A DNA stretch of 53,312 nt from a bacterium (GTDB lineage Bacteria; Elusimicrobiota; Elusimicrobia; UBA1565; UBA9628). The notes beneath the pieces are model-generated. The model did no database searches, was not told the origin of the DNA, and was given only the letters and a program-made list of their open reading frames with translations. The position numbers were made by a program, and so were the translations under genes. Where the stretch lies: positions 1 to 53,312 of the forward strand of contig JAJZQS010000001.1 in assembly GCA_021806745.1 (NCBI GenBank), in the 5' to 3' direction. Positions 29,294-36,862 of the stretch are shown in pieces (position 1 is the stretch's first letter; every line of letters begins with the position of its first letter).

Positions 29294-30538
29294 CTACGGC
29301 CGCTGAGGCGAGGCCGTCTTCTTGGAGAACAGCCAGGACACCGCGCGCGCGCCGTCTTGGACCAGGCTCGGGCTGTAGGACGAAATCCGCGCGCTGGCGG
29401 CCAAGTCCGGCGCGAACAGGGTCTTCTCCACGCCCGCCGCGAAGTCCGCGTCGAGCACGATCACATTGAGTTCGTCGTTGTCGCTGAGGCTGCGCGCGTC
29501 CAGGTTCGATGAGCCGAAAGTCGTCCAGAAGCCGTCCACGACGGCGACCTTGTCGTGGGCCATGCGCGGCAGGTACTCGTAGACTTCCACGCCCGCGGCG
29601 ATCAAATCGGGATAGTACGCACGCTCGGCGGCCAGAACCTCGCCCTGGTCGTTTTGGCGCGGCAGCACCACCTGCACGCGCACGCCGCGCCGCGCCGCCG
29701 CCTCCAGGGCCTTCATCACGCCGGAGTCGGTCATGTAGGGGTCGGCCACGAGGATTCGGCTTCGCGCCGCGGCGAAGGCCGCGAGATAGGCGGTCTTGAT
29801 GTCGGCGTCGTGGCCGCCGCCCTCGTGCGTCACCACCAAGGTCTCCACGCCCCCCGAGGCCGCCGGCGCCGCGGCCGATGACGCCGGCGACGCCCCTCCC
29901 GCCGCGCGCCACTGCGACTGGAAGGCGCTTTCCAAATCCGAGACGGCCGGCCCCCGGATTTCGCCGAGTTGGTCGTGCCACGAGGATTGATAGCGGCCGC
30001 CGATGTTCATGCCGCCGGTCAAAGCCGTCCGGCCGTCGACGACCACGACCTTGCGGTGGTCGAGGTGACCGTCGAAGAGCGGCGCCGCCCGCACGCGCAC
30101 GCGCACGCCGCCGCTGCGCATTTTGGAAATCAGCGCCGCGACGGCCGGGTCGTCGGGATCGGTGCCGTAGCCGTCGACGACGACGCGCGCGCGCACGCCC
30201 GCTTTCGCCTTGGCAATCAACGCGTCGCCGAAGGCCGCGCCGTCGGCGTCGGCCTGCCACTGGAAGACCTCGATGTCGACGGACTCCCGCGCGGCGGCGA
30301 CGGCGTCTTCCAGCGCCTTCGCCGCGGCCCCGTCGACGAGAAAGCGCACCTCGTTAAGGCCCGCGTCCTGCGCTCCGACCTGCGCGATCATCCTCTCGCG
30401 ATAGCCCTGCCAGTCCGCCGCGGGAGCGGCCGGCGCGGCGGCGAAAGCGCCGGCGCGCGCCTCCAACTGCTCCAACGCCGCCTCGCCCGCCGTCTGCGCC
30501 GACGCGGCCGAGGCCGCCAGAAGAATCGCGATCACCAT
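29294..30538 (-). CDS. Secreted phospholipase D / cardiolipin-synthase-like protein (two HKD motifs)
   Basis: HRKVVVVDGRTALTGGMNIG and HDKVAVVDGFWTTFGSSNLD. Signal peptide MVIAILLAASAASAQ. SD GGAG lies 6 nt upstream of the ATG at 30538. Confidence 0.85.
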   Translation of the reverse strand: MVIAILLAASAASAQTAGEAALEQLEARAGAFAAAPAAPAADWQGYRERMIAQVGAQDAGLNEVRFLVDGAAAKALEDAVAAARESVDIEVFQWQADADGAAFGDALIAKAKAGVRARVVVDGYGTDPDDPAVAALISKMRSGGVRVRVRAAPLFDGHLDHRKVVVVDGRTALTGGMNIGGRYQSSWHDQLGEIRGPAVSDLESAFQSQWRAAGGASPASSAAAPAASGGVETLVVTHEGGGHDADIKTAYLAAFAAARSRILVADPYMTDSGVMKALEAAARRGVRVQVVLPRQNDQGEVLAAERAYYPDLIAAGVEVYEYLPRMAHDKVAVVDGFWTTFGSSNLDARSLSDNDELNVIVLDADFAAGVEKTLFAPDLAASARISSYSPSLVQDGARAVSWLFSKKTASPQRP

Positions 30539-30624
30539 GCCGGCTCCAGGATGCCCGAAGTCCCAGCCGAAACCCAGGGTCGTTTGACCCACCGATCATG
30601 GGCCTTTGGTCCTATTTTTCGATC

Positions 30625-30654
30625 TTGACGAGCGGGCTGCCCCGCGTCTACACT
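30625..30654 (+). promoter_or_regulatory. Promoter TTGACG-18-TACACT, 7 nt before the ATG at 30662 (leaderless)
   Basis: TTGACG at 30625-30630 and TACACT at 30649-30654. Confidence 0.5.
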
Positions 30655-30661
30655 GCCTCCC

Positions 30662-31141
30662 ATGAGAAGCTTTTGGCTGTGCGCGGCCGCGGCGGCGGCC
30701 TTCGGTGCCTGCTCCAGCGGTTCCAGCGGCTGCGGGCAGGCGGACAAGCCCAAATCCGGCGCGGCCTCGTCGTTTTCCGGCGGCGGCGCCAATCCCGGCG
30801 GCGGCGGCGGCGAGGCGGTCTCCTTCCAGGGCGCGGGCTTTGCGCGCAAACTCCAGGCCCCCAAGGTCGCCGCGTCCACGGCCCCGGTCCACGGCGAGGG
30901 CGAGCCCGCGCCGGGCGCCTCCGACGCCGACGCGAGGGCCGCGGCGGCGGCGAGAGCTCCCGCTCAAAGCATCCTGTGCGGAGGCTTCCCGAACCTGCCC
31001 GACGACTGCCTCGGCAGTCCCGATTTCCCCCAGGTGGCGGCCAAGTGCTGTCCCAACGGAGTGGTTCTGACCTGCAAGGCCATCCCCGGCGGAGCGAAGC
31101 TCACCGGCCGCGGCTGCGCGGCACCAAGCCCCGCTCCCTGA
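30662..31141 (+). CDS. Small Gly/Ala/Pro-rich lipoprotein with a Cys-rich C-terminal module
   Basis: Lipobox AAFGAC. A low-complexity linker is followed by ILCGGFPNLPDDCLGSPDFPQVAAKCCPNGVVLTCKAIPGGAKLTGRGC, containing 7 Cys. Confidence 0.55.
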   Translation: MRSFWLCAAAAAAFGACSSGSSGCGQADKPKSGAASSFSGGGANPGGGGGEAVSFQGAGFARKLQAPKVAASTAPVHGEGEPAPGASDADARAAAAARAPAQSILCGGFPNLPDDCLGSPDFPQVAAKCCPNGVVLTCKAIPGGAKLTGRGCAAPSPAP

Positions 31142-31145
31142 CGCG

Positions 31146-31721
31146 CTACGCCGTCTTCTTGAGTCCGAGCCAGGGCGTCTCGGCCGCGCCCGCGAGCTTG
31201 TTGGCGCGCCGCGCGGCCACGAAAAGCCAAGTCGACAGCCGGTTCATGTAGACGAGAACCCCCTCGGGCAGTCCCTCGCGCGCCGCCAATTCCACGCAGG
31301 CGCGCTCGGCGCGCCGCGAGACCGCGCGCGCCAGGTGCAGCGCCGCGCCGCCGGCGGCGCCTCCGGGCAGGATGAAGTTCTTCAGCGGCTCAAGCCGAGC
31401 GTCCCACGCGTCGATCTCGGCTTCCAGGCGCGCCGCGGCCCGCGGCGGCAGGCCCCTGTCGTAGGGCGCGGGCAACTTGGCGACCGCGTCGGGGGCCGCG
31501 GCCGCAAGCGCGCCCAACGCGAAACACTCCTCCTGCACGCGCGCAAGCCCCGCGTCGAGCTCCGGGTCGGCGCCGCCAAGCGCGGCGCGCGCCAGGCCCA
31601 GAACGCTGTTGAGCTCATCGAGCTCCCCGTAGGCGGCCACTCGCGGATGGCTCTTGGGCACGCGCGCGCCGCCCAGAAGGGCGGTCTGGCCGCCGTCGCC
31701 GCCGCGCGTGTAGATGGCCAC
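31146..31721 (-). CDS. ATP:cob(I)alamin adenosyltransferase, PduO type
   Basis: IYTRGGDGGQTALLGG.RV.K....V.AYGELDELNS is the PduO/MMAB N-terminal signature. The GTG at 31721 (VAIYTRGGDG) avoids overlap with the upstream OMP gene. An alternative ATG lies at 31745. Confidence 0.85.
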   Translation of the reverse strand: MAIYTRGGDGGQTALLGGARVPKSHPRVAAYGELDELNSVLGLARAALGGADPELDAGLARVQEECFALGALAAAAPDAVAKLPAPYDRGLPPRAAARLEAEIDAWDARLEPLKNFILPGGAAGGAALHLARAVSRRAERACVELAAREGLPEGVLVYMNRLSTWLFVAARRANKLAGAAETPWLGLKKTA

Positions 31722-31728
31722 GCGCTCG

Positions 31729-32463
31729 CTAGAAGGTGACTCCAAGCCCCAACTGAAAGCCGGGCAGGCCGTGCAGGTCCACGTAGGCCGCGCGCAGGTC
31801 CACCAGCGGAAAAGGCGTGAGGTCCACGCCGGCGGCCAGGCGCGCGCCGTCGGCGGTGGCCGACACGCCCGCCAGGCCCGGCACCTGCGCGGCGCCCACG
31901 GTGATCTTGGTCAGGTCGTAGCCGGCCTCGACGAAGGGCTTGATGATGGGCAGGTTCCAGGTCGCGTCGGCGTCGGCCGCGCCGTGCACGCCGTTGAAGG
32001 CGCCGGCGTTGATCTTGTCGCCGAAAGCCGACACAGACACGTTGGGCAGGAACGAATCGAGCATCCCCGTGCGATACAGGCTCGTTCGCAGTCCGCCGCC
32101 CAACACCGAGGCGCCATAAGCGCCCACGCCGTGGACGATCAAGTCGGTGTGAAAGGGCAGGCCCACGCCGGCCTGGATCATCGGCATGGCGATGGAATGC
32201 ACGCCCGCATCGCGCATGATCAAGTCTTGGCTGTCGGGCCGCGTCTGCAAGACGGCGTCGCCTCCCACCCAGAAGCCGGGAAATCCGTAGGTGCGCCCGC
32301 CGTCGACCGTGGAGGCGCCCAGCAGGCCGCCGAGGTCGCGCGCGAACGGCCGCAGATAATTGATGTTGGCGTTCTGCTCGAAGCCGGAGAACGGATTGGG
32401 CTGCACGGCGCGGGCGGACGCGGACAGGGCCAGCAGGGCGACGATCGAGGCGATGATTTTCAT
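31729..32463 (-). CDS. Outer-membrane beta-barrel protein (unknown family)
   Basis: Signal peptide MKIIASIVALLALSASARA. It has alternating Gly/aromatic beta-strands and a C-terminal GLGVTF. Confidence 0.65.
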   Translation of the reverse strand: MKIIASIVALLALSASARAVQPNPFSGFEQNANINYLRPFARDLGGLLGASTVDGGRTYGFPGFWVGGDAVLQTRPDSQDLIMRDAGVHSIAMPMIQAGVGLPFHTDLIVHGVGAYGASVLGGGLRTSLYRTGMLDSFLPNVSVSAFGDKINAGAFNGVHGAADADATWNLPIIKPFVEAGYDLTKITVGAAQVPGLAGVSATADGARLAAGVDLTPFPLVDLRAAYVDLHGLPGFQLGLGVTF

Positions 32464-32496
32464 AGAGCGGGATTCTGGCACATTCTTCCCCCCAAA

Positions 32497-33582
32497 TTAC
32501 AGAGCTTTCGCGGTCAGTTCGTGGCGGCGCTCCAGGCGCGCGCGCAAGGCCCCGCGCAGGGTCTTGGCCGCAAACAGGCGCGCCGCGCTCTCCAGGAGCT
32601 CGACGGCGCCGTCCATGTCGGACACGCGCACGCGCTCGGGGGCCGCAGCCTCGGCGCCCCAGCCGTTGTGGTAGTTGACCAGAGGCACGGCCGCGCCGGC
32701 GGCCTCCAGGCCGAAGGTCTGGTAAGCGGTGGCCTCGCAGGTGCCTCCGGTCAGGCGCAGGCGCTGCACGCGCCGGCCGCGTCGGCGCAACCGGGCGGCG
32801 GCATCGTCGAGCAGTTCGACCAGGTTCGAGTCGAAGGCGCAGGCCTTGTCGCCCAGGCGCACGGTGGGGCCCCGGCCGGGTCGCGAGCCCGGCATCTCGC
32901 GCGAGCACTCGACCGAGAGGTAGGAATCTCCGGGCGGGAGAACGCCGGAGCGGATCATGTCGAGCGCGCCGATGAACCCCACCTCTTCGGCGCGGTTGAG
33001 GAGCACGACGAGGTTGACCTTCGCGCGCGCCGAGGCCAGTCGACGCAAGACCTCCAGACTGATCGCGGCACCCAGCAGATCATCGATGGAGCGCGACTCG
33101 AGCCAGCCGTTCGCGACGCGAAACGGCGTCAGCGCGAGCACCGCGAACGCGGGCCTGGCGCCCTTGGACGGCGCCTGCGTCCAGCGGATGGTCCAGGGAT
33201 CGCCGTCTTTCTTGGGGCGCGGGCCGATGACGCCGCGCGCCAACGGCTCGTTGGTCTTGGCGCCGTCGGCGAAGGCCTCCACGGCGACGCCGGGCAGAAG
33301 GTGCGGCGGCAGTCCGCCCTGCAGGGTCGCGCGAGCGCCCTCCCGTGTCAGCGCGTCCAGTCTAAAAGCGGGATGATCCAAGTGCGCGGCCAGCGCGAGC
33401 GCGGGCCCCTCGCCCGCGCCGCGGTAGGAGACGATGAGGCCCCCGCGCACGCGGCGCACGCGGGCGCGGGGCACGCGCCGCGCCAGCCAGCGTCGGGCCA
33501 AGCCCGAGACCGCGCTCTCGCGAAACGGGGCGGTGGGAACGGAGGTGAGCAGCCGGAAAATGTCGAGGGTTTCGTTTTTCAC
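32497..33582 (-). CDS. M42/M28-like metallo-aminopeptidase family protein
   Basis: Metal-ligand series in family order: AAHLDHPAF, SIDDLLG, NRAEEVGFIGA, GGTCEATA, NYHN. The GTG is preceded by TATAAT with a 6-nt spacer. Confidence 0.55.
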   Translation of the reverse strand: MKNETLDIFRLLTSVPTAPFRESAVSGLARRWLARRVPRARVRRVRGGLIVSYRGAGEGPALALAAHLDHPAFRLDALTREGARATLQGGLPPHLLPGVAVEAFADGAKTNEPLARGVIGPRPKKDGDPWTIRWTQAPSKGARPAFAVLALTPFRVANGWLESRSIDDLLGAAISLEVLRRLASARAKVNLVVLLNRAEEVGFIGALDMIRSGVLPPGDSYLSVECSREMPGSRPGRGPTVRLGDKACAFDSNLVELLDDAAARLRRRGRRVQRLRLTGGTCEATAYQTFGLEAAGAAVPLVNYHNGWGAEAAAPERVRVSDMDGAVELLESAARLFAAKTLRGALRARLERRHELTAKAL

Positions 33583-33609
33583 GCGCCGATTATAGCGCTT
33601 GCGCGTGCG

Positions 33610-34308
33610 CTACATGGACCCGGGAGAGGCGGAGGAGCCGCGATTGTAGTCCTGCTGGTCGGAGTCGAAGTCGTGATTCAGGATCTCGTTTTCGGTATTG
33701 GGGTCGATGTTGAGGTTCATCCCCTGAGCCTTGGCCTGGCGCGCCGCGCCCTGAAGGAGCTTCATGGTGCCGGGGGTGAGCTTTCCGCCGTCGCGACTCA
33801 CGGCGTCAAGCAGTTGGCGCATGTCGCCGGACATCCCGCCCTGCTCCTGCTGGAGCGTGGCGGCGATGTCGGCCGCCATCTCCGGCGTGATGCCGCGGCT
33901 GCCGTCGCCGCCCTCGGCCTTCAGCCGCGCCTGCAGTCCCGCGATCGACGAGGCGGTCCGAGCATCCAGCCGCGCCGCCGAGCCCCAGTCCGGGACCGCG
34001 CCCGAGCCGGCGGACGCGGAGGTCGTCCGCGCCGCGGCCGGGCCGCCCTCGATGACGGGCGCATGGGCGAAATACCAGCGCGCCTGGGCGCGCTCGCCCG
34101 AGTCCAGCGCGTCGAGTTGGGCGGAAGTCAGCGGACGGCCCTGCTTTTTGGCCGCGGCGATCGCGGCCGCGCGGGCCTTGTCCTGGCAGACGCGCAACTC
34201 GTCGTAGCTGCGCGGCGCACGACCGTGGCCCGCGTCTTCCAGGCAACTGCGCGCCGCCGCGCACGCCGGCGCCAGCGCGAAGGCCAGCGTCACGGCCAGG
34301 GCTCTCAT
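33610..34308 (-). CDS. Secreted hypothetical protein
   Basis: Signal peptide MRALAVTLAFALAPACAAA. GC3-rich frame. No recognised domain. Only the last 232 codons of the listed 426-aa ORF are used. Confidence 0.55.
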   Translation of the reverse strand: MRALAVTLAFALAPACAAARSCLEDAGHGRAPRSYDELRVCQDKARAAAIAAAKKQGRPLTSAQLDALDSGERAQARWYFAHAPVIEGGPAAARTTSASAGSGAVPDWGSAARLDARTASSIAGLQARLKAEGGDGSRGITPEMAADIAATLQQEQGGMSGDMRQLLDAVSRDGGKLTPGTMKLLQGAARQAKAQGMNLNIDPNTENEILNHDFDSDQQDYNRGSSASPGSM

Positions 34309-34314
34309 GAGCAG

Positions 34315-34343
34315 AGGGTAGCCCGGGGATCGGCGGGCGTCAA
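34315..34343 (-). promoter_or_regulatory. Promoter TTGACG-17-TACCCT, 6 nt before the ATG at 34308 (leaderless)
   Basis: Minus-strand TTGACG at 34343..34338 and TACCCT at 34320..34315. Confidence 0.45.
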
Positions 34344-34425
34344 GATCGGCAATGATCCAAGATCGCTGCGAACAAAAGAGCTCCGCCGCGACACGAGCGC
34401 CCAACCGAACTGTTAGAATCCCGGC

Positions 34426-35235
34426 ATGCTGCCCGACATCCTGGATTCGCTCTTTCGTCCCGCCGCCTACCGGCGCTTCGCCACCGAGCCCGCGCCGCGC
34501 TCGGCGGCCTACGCCGCGTTTTTGTCGGTGGTCTTCATCGGCGCGCTCGGGCTGTCGGTCAAGCTTCGCCTCGTTCCCGTCTTCGACCGGACCTTCGCGT
34601 GGCTGGAGACCTCCATGCCGCCTCTGCGCATCTCCGGCGGCAAGGTGACCAGCACGGCGGCGCCCGTGCGCCTGGTTCATCCGGAGTTCAAGAGCGTGGC
34701 CGTGGAGATCGACACCACCCGCGCCGCGCCCGTCACCCCCAAGGACATGGAGGCGCTCAAGGTCCGCGCGTTCCTGTCCCAGAACGCGCTCTACATCGAA
34801 AACGAAGGCACCGTCCAAGTTCTCGACCTCTCTCGCGGCGGAGAAGACCAACCGGTGCTCCTCGACGCCGACTCCTACCGCGCCATGCACCGGTCGTTCG
34901 ATTGGGTGTTCTACCCCGCGCTGCTGCTGACTTTTTTCCTGCTGTTCGCGGCCTCACTGGCCGCCTTCGGCGTGGTCTACGCGGCGGCCGGCCTGCTGGC
35001 CGGCTCGCTGTCGGGCGCGGGGTTGAGCTTCATGCAGCTCTGGCGCATCGCGCTGCACGCGCAGACCGCGGCCGCGCTGCTGCGCGCGCTCGACACCGCC
35101 TTGCCCTTCCCCATCCCGGGACTCGTCTACGCCTCGCCGCTCATCAGCGCCGGCTACATGTGGCTGGGCCTGCGCGGCGCCCGAGGCAACGCCCCGCCCG
35201 CAGAGCCCGCGCCGGCCGCGCCCCCCGCCGCATGA
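34426..35235 (+). CDS. DUF1189-like polytopic membrane protein
   Basis: The N-terminus ILDSLFRPAAYRRFATEP..SAAYAAFLSVVFIGAL and the overall TM-loop-TM layout resemble DUF1189. TGtTAGAAT lies 6 nt upstream of the ATG. Confidence 0.55.
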   Translation: MLPDILDSLFRPAAYRRFATEPAPRSAAYAAFLSVVFIGALGLSVKLRLVPVFDRTFAWLETSMPPLRISGGKVTSTAAPVRLVHPEFKSVAVEIDTTRAAPVTPKDMEALKVRAFLSQNALYIENEGTVQVLDLSRGGEDQPVLLDADSYRAMHRSFDWVFYPALLLTFFLLFAASLAAFGVVYAAAGLLAGSLSGAGLSFMQLWRIALHAQTAAALLRALDTALPFPIPGLVYASPLISAGYMWLGLRGARGNAPPAEPAPAAPPAA

Positions 35236-35633
35236 AGCGCGCCGTCTTCGTCCTGGCCGCGGCCATGCTCGCCGCCTGCGACCTGCTGGCCGGAAATTTC
35301 CGGCTGGCCGGCACCGTGGACCTGGACGCGCGCCTGCGCGCGCGCGCGCCAAGGCAGAACGCGATGCTCTTTGTCGTGGCCAAAAACGCCGGCGGCGTGC
35401 CCGTGGCCGTGCAGCGCATCGTCAATCCGGATTTTCCCGCGGCTTTCGAGATGGGCCCCGACGAGGAGCTCGTGCCCTCCATCAAGCCCGGCACGCCGCT
35501 GACCGTCGAGGCCGTGCTCAACACCCGCGGCGACCTCGGCGAGCCGCATCCCGGAGACCTCGTCGGCCGCGCGAACGCCGTCGTCGAGCCGGGCGCGGAG
35601 GGCGTTTCCATCGTCTTGAACCGCGCCCGATGA
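35232..35633 (+). CDS. Lipoprotein; beta-rich domain resembling the C-terminal domain of CcmI/CycH-type proteins (tentative)
   Basis: Lipobox MLAAC. The pattern LAGTVDLD...MLFVVAKNAGGVPVAVQRI..DFPAAFEMGPDE......GTPLTVEAVLNTRGDLGEPHPGDLVG supports the tentative match. ATGA overlap with the upstream gene. Confidence 0.5.
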   Translation: MKRAVFVLAAAMLAACDLLAGNFRLAGTVDLDARLRARAPRQNAMLFVVAKNAGGVPVAVQRIVNPDFPAAFEMGPDEELVPSIKPGTPLTVEAVLNTRGDLGEPHPGDLVGRANAVVEPGAEGVSIVLNRAR

Positions 35634-36862
35634 GAACGCTCGCGCTGGCCGCGGCCGCGGCACTGGCCGCCTGCGCGGCTCCGCGCCCGAACCCCGTCGG
35701 CGTGCGAACCGGCCTCGACGTCCTGGAAGCCGAGCACTTCAAGCCCCTGCGCGGACTGCGCGTGGGCGTGATCACCAATGCCACCGGCGTCGACCGCGCC
35801 GGACGCAGCGTCGTCGACCTGCTCGCCGCCGCCCCAGGCGTGAGGCTGGCCGCCGTGTTCAGCCCCGAGCACGGATTTGCCGCCGCTCGCGAAGCCGACT
35901 CGGTGGCTTCGGACCGTCTGACCGTGGCCGGGCGCGTAATCCCGCTCTACAGTCTCTACCGCGGCGGCGCCGAGGGCATGCGCCCCACGCCCGAGCAATT
36001 GCAGGGCCTGGACGCGCTCGTCTTCGACATTCAAGACGTCGGCGTACGCTTTTATACCTACGCCGCGACCATGACCATGTCCATGGAGGCGGCCAAAGCC
36101 GCGGGCCTGAAGTTTTTCGTCCTCGACCGCCCGGATCCCATCGGAGGCGATACGGTCGAGGGCCCCATCATGGACGTGCCCAGACTCGCCGGCGTCGACC
36201 CCGTCGCCTATCTGCCCGTGTCCACCCGCCACGGCATGACCATCGGAGAACTCGCCGAGTTCGCCGACGCGCGCGTGGGCCTTGAAGGCCTGCGGGTGAT
36301 CAAGATGCGCGGCTGGCGCCGCGACCTCTGGTTCGACCAGACCGGCCTGCCCTGGGTGCGGCCCTCGCCCAACATGCCCGACCTCGCCGCCGCGGCGCTC
36401 TATCCCGGCGTCGGCGACCTTGAATTCACCAACTTGTCGGTGGGGCGCGGTACGCCGACGCCGTTCGGCTGGATCGGCGCGCCCTGGATCGACGCGCAAG
36501 CCCTGGCCGACCGCCTGAACGCGGTGCCGCTGGAGGGAGTGCGATTCGAGCCGTCGACGCAGACTCCGACCAAGGACGCCTACGCCGGGCTCGCCGTTCC
36601 GGGCGTACGCCTGATCGTGACCGACCGCCGCGCGCTGCGCCCGCTGCGCGTGTTCACGGCGCTGGTCACGGCGCTGCGCGACCTCTACCCCGACGATTTC
36701 AAGCTGCGCTGGGAGCGCTCGCGGCGCCTGATCGGCCTGGAGGAGTTCCGCGAACTCTACGAGACCGGCGCCGCCTCGGCCGACATCGCCGCGCGTTTCG
36801 ACGAAGACGCCGCGCGCTTTCGCGAGCAGCGGCGGCCGTATCTGCTGTACCCGGAGCGATGA
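35630..36862 (+). CDS. DUF1343 family protein (exo-beta-N-acetylmuramidase NamZ-like), lipoprotein
   Basis: TGLDVLEAEHFKPLRGLRVGVITNATGVDRAGRSVVDLL...AAVFSPEHGF is the DUF1343/NamZ signature. Lipobox LAAC. ATGA overlap upstream. Confidence 0.8.
   Translation: MRTLALAAAAALAACAAPRPNPVGVRTGLDVLEAEHFKPLRGLRVGVITNATGVDRAGRSVVDLLAAAPGVRLAAVFSPEHGFAAAREADSVASDRLTVAGRVIPLYSLYRGGAEGMRPTPEQLQGLDALVFDIQDVGVRFYTYAATMTMSMEAAKAAGLKFFVLDRPDPIGGDTVEGPIMDVPRLAGVDPVAYLPVSTRHGMTIGELAEFADARVGLEGLRVIKMRGWRRDLWFDQTGLPWVRPSPNMPDLAAAALYPGVGDLEFTNLSVGRGTPTPFGWIGAPWIDAQALADRLNAVPLEGVRFEPSTQTPTKDAYAGLAVPGVRLIVTDRRALRPLRVFTALVTALRDLYPDDFKLRWERSRRLIGLEEFRELYETGAASADIAARFDEDAARFREQRRPYLLYPER

Noticed and set aside
29202-29306. 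Small plus-strand ORF (MTLALMLAVAATPAAAGARPRPKPGTFRLLVYGR) in the PLD-fur spacer
   Set aside because: It has no promoter or SD and overlaps the PLD 3' end. Short hydrophobic ORFs arise easily in this composition. The spacer is better explained as the fur promoter region.
28782-30260. N-terminal 493 codons of the 690-aa minus-strand ORF upstream of the PAP2 domain
   Set aside because: It runs through the fur-family gene and the PLD gene in other frames. Its composition is Arg/Gly-rich. The PAP2 protein begins at the ATG that overlaps the fur stop.
31714-34416. 900-aa plus-strand ORF covering the OMP, M42-like and secreted-protein genes
   Set aside because: It is antisense to three minus-strand genes with signal peptides or metal-ligand motifs and proper promoters. 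Its translation is Arg/Gly/Ala-rich with no domain features.
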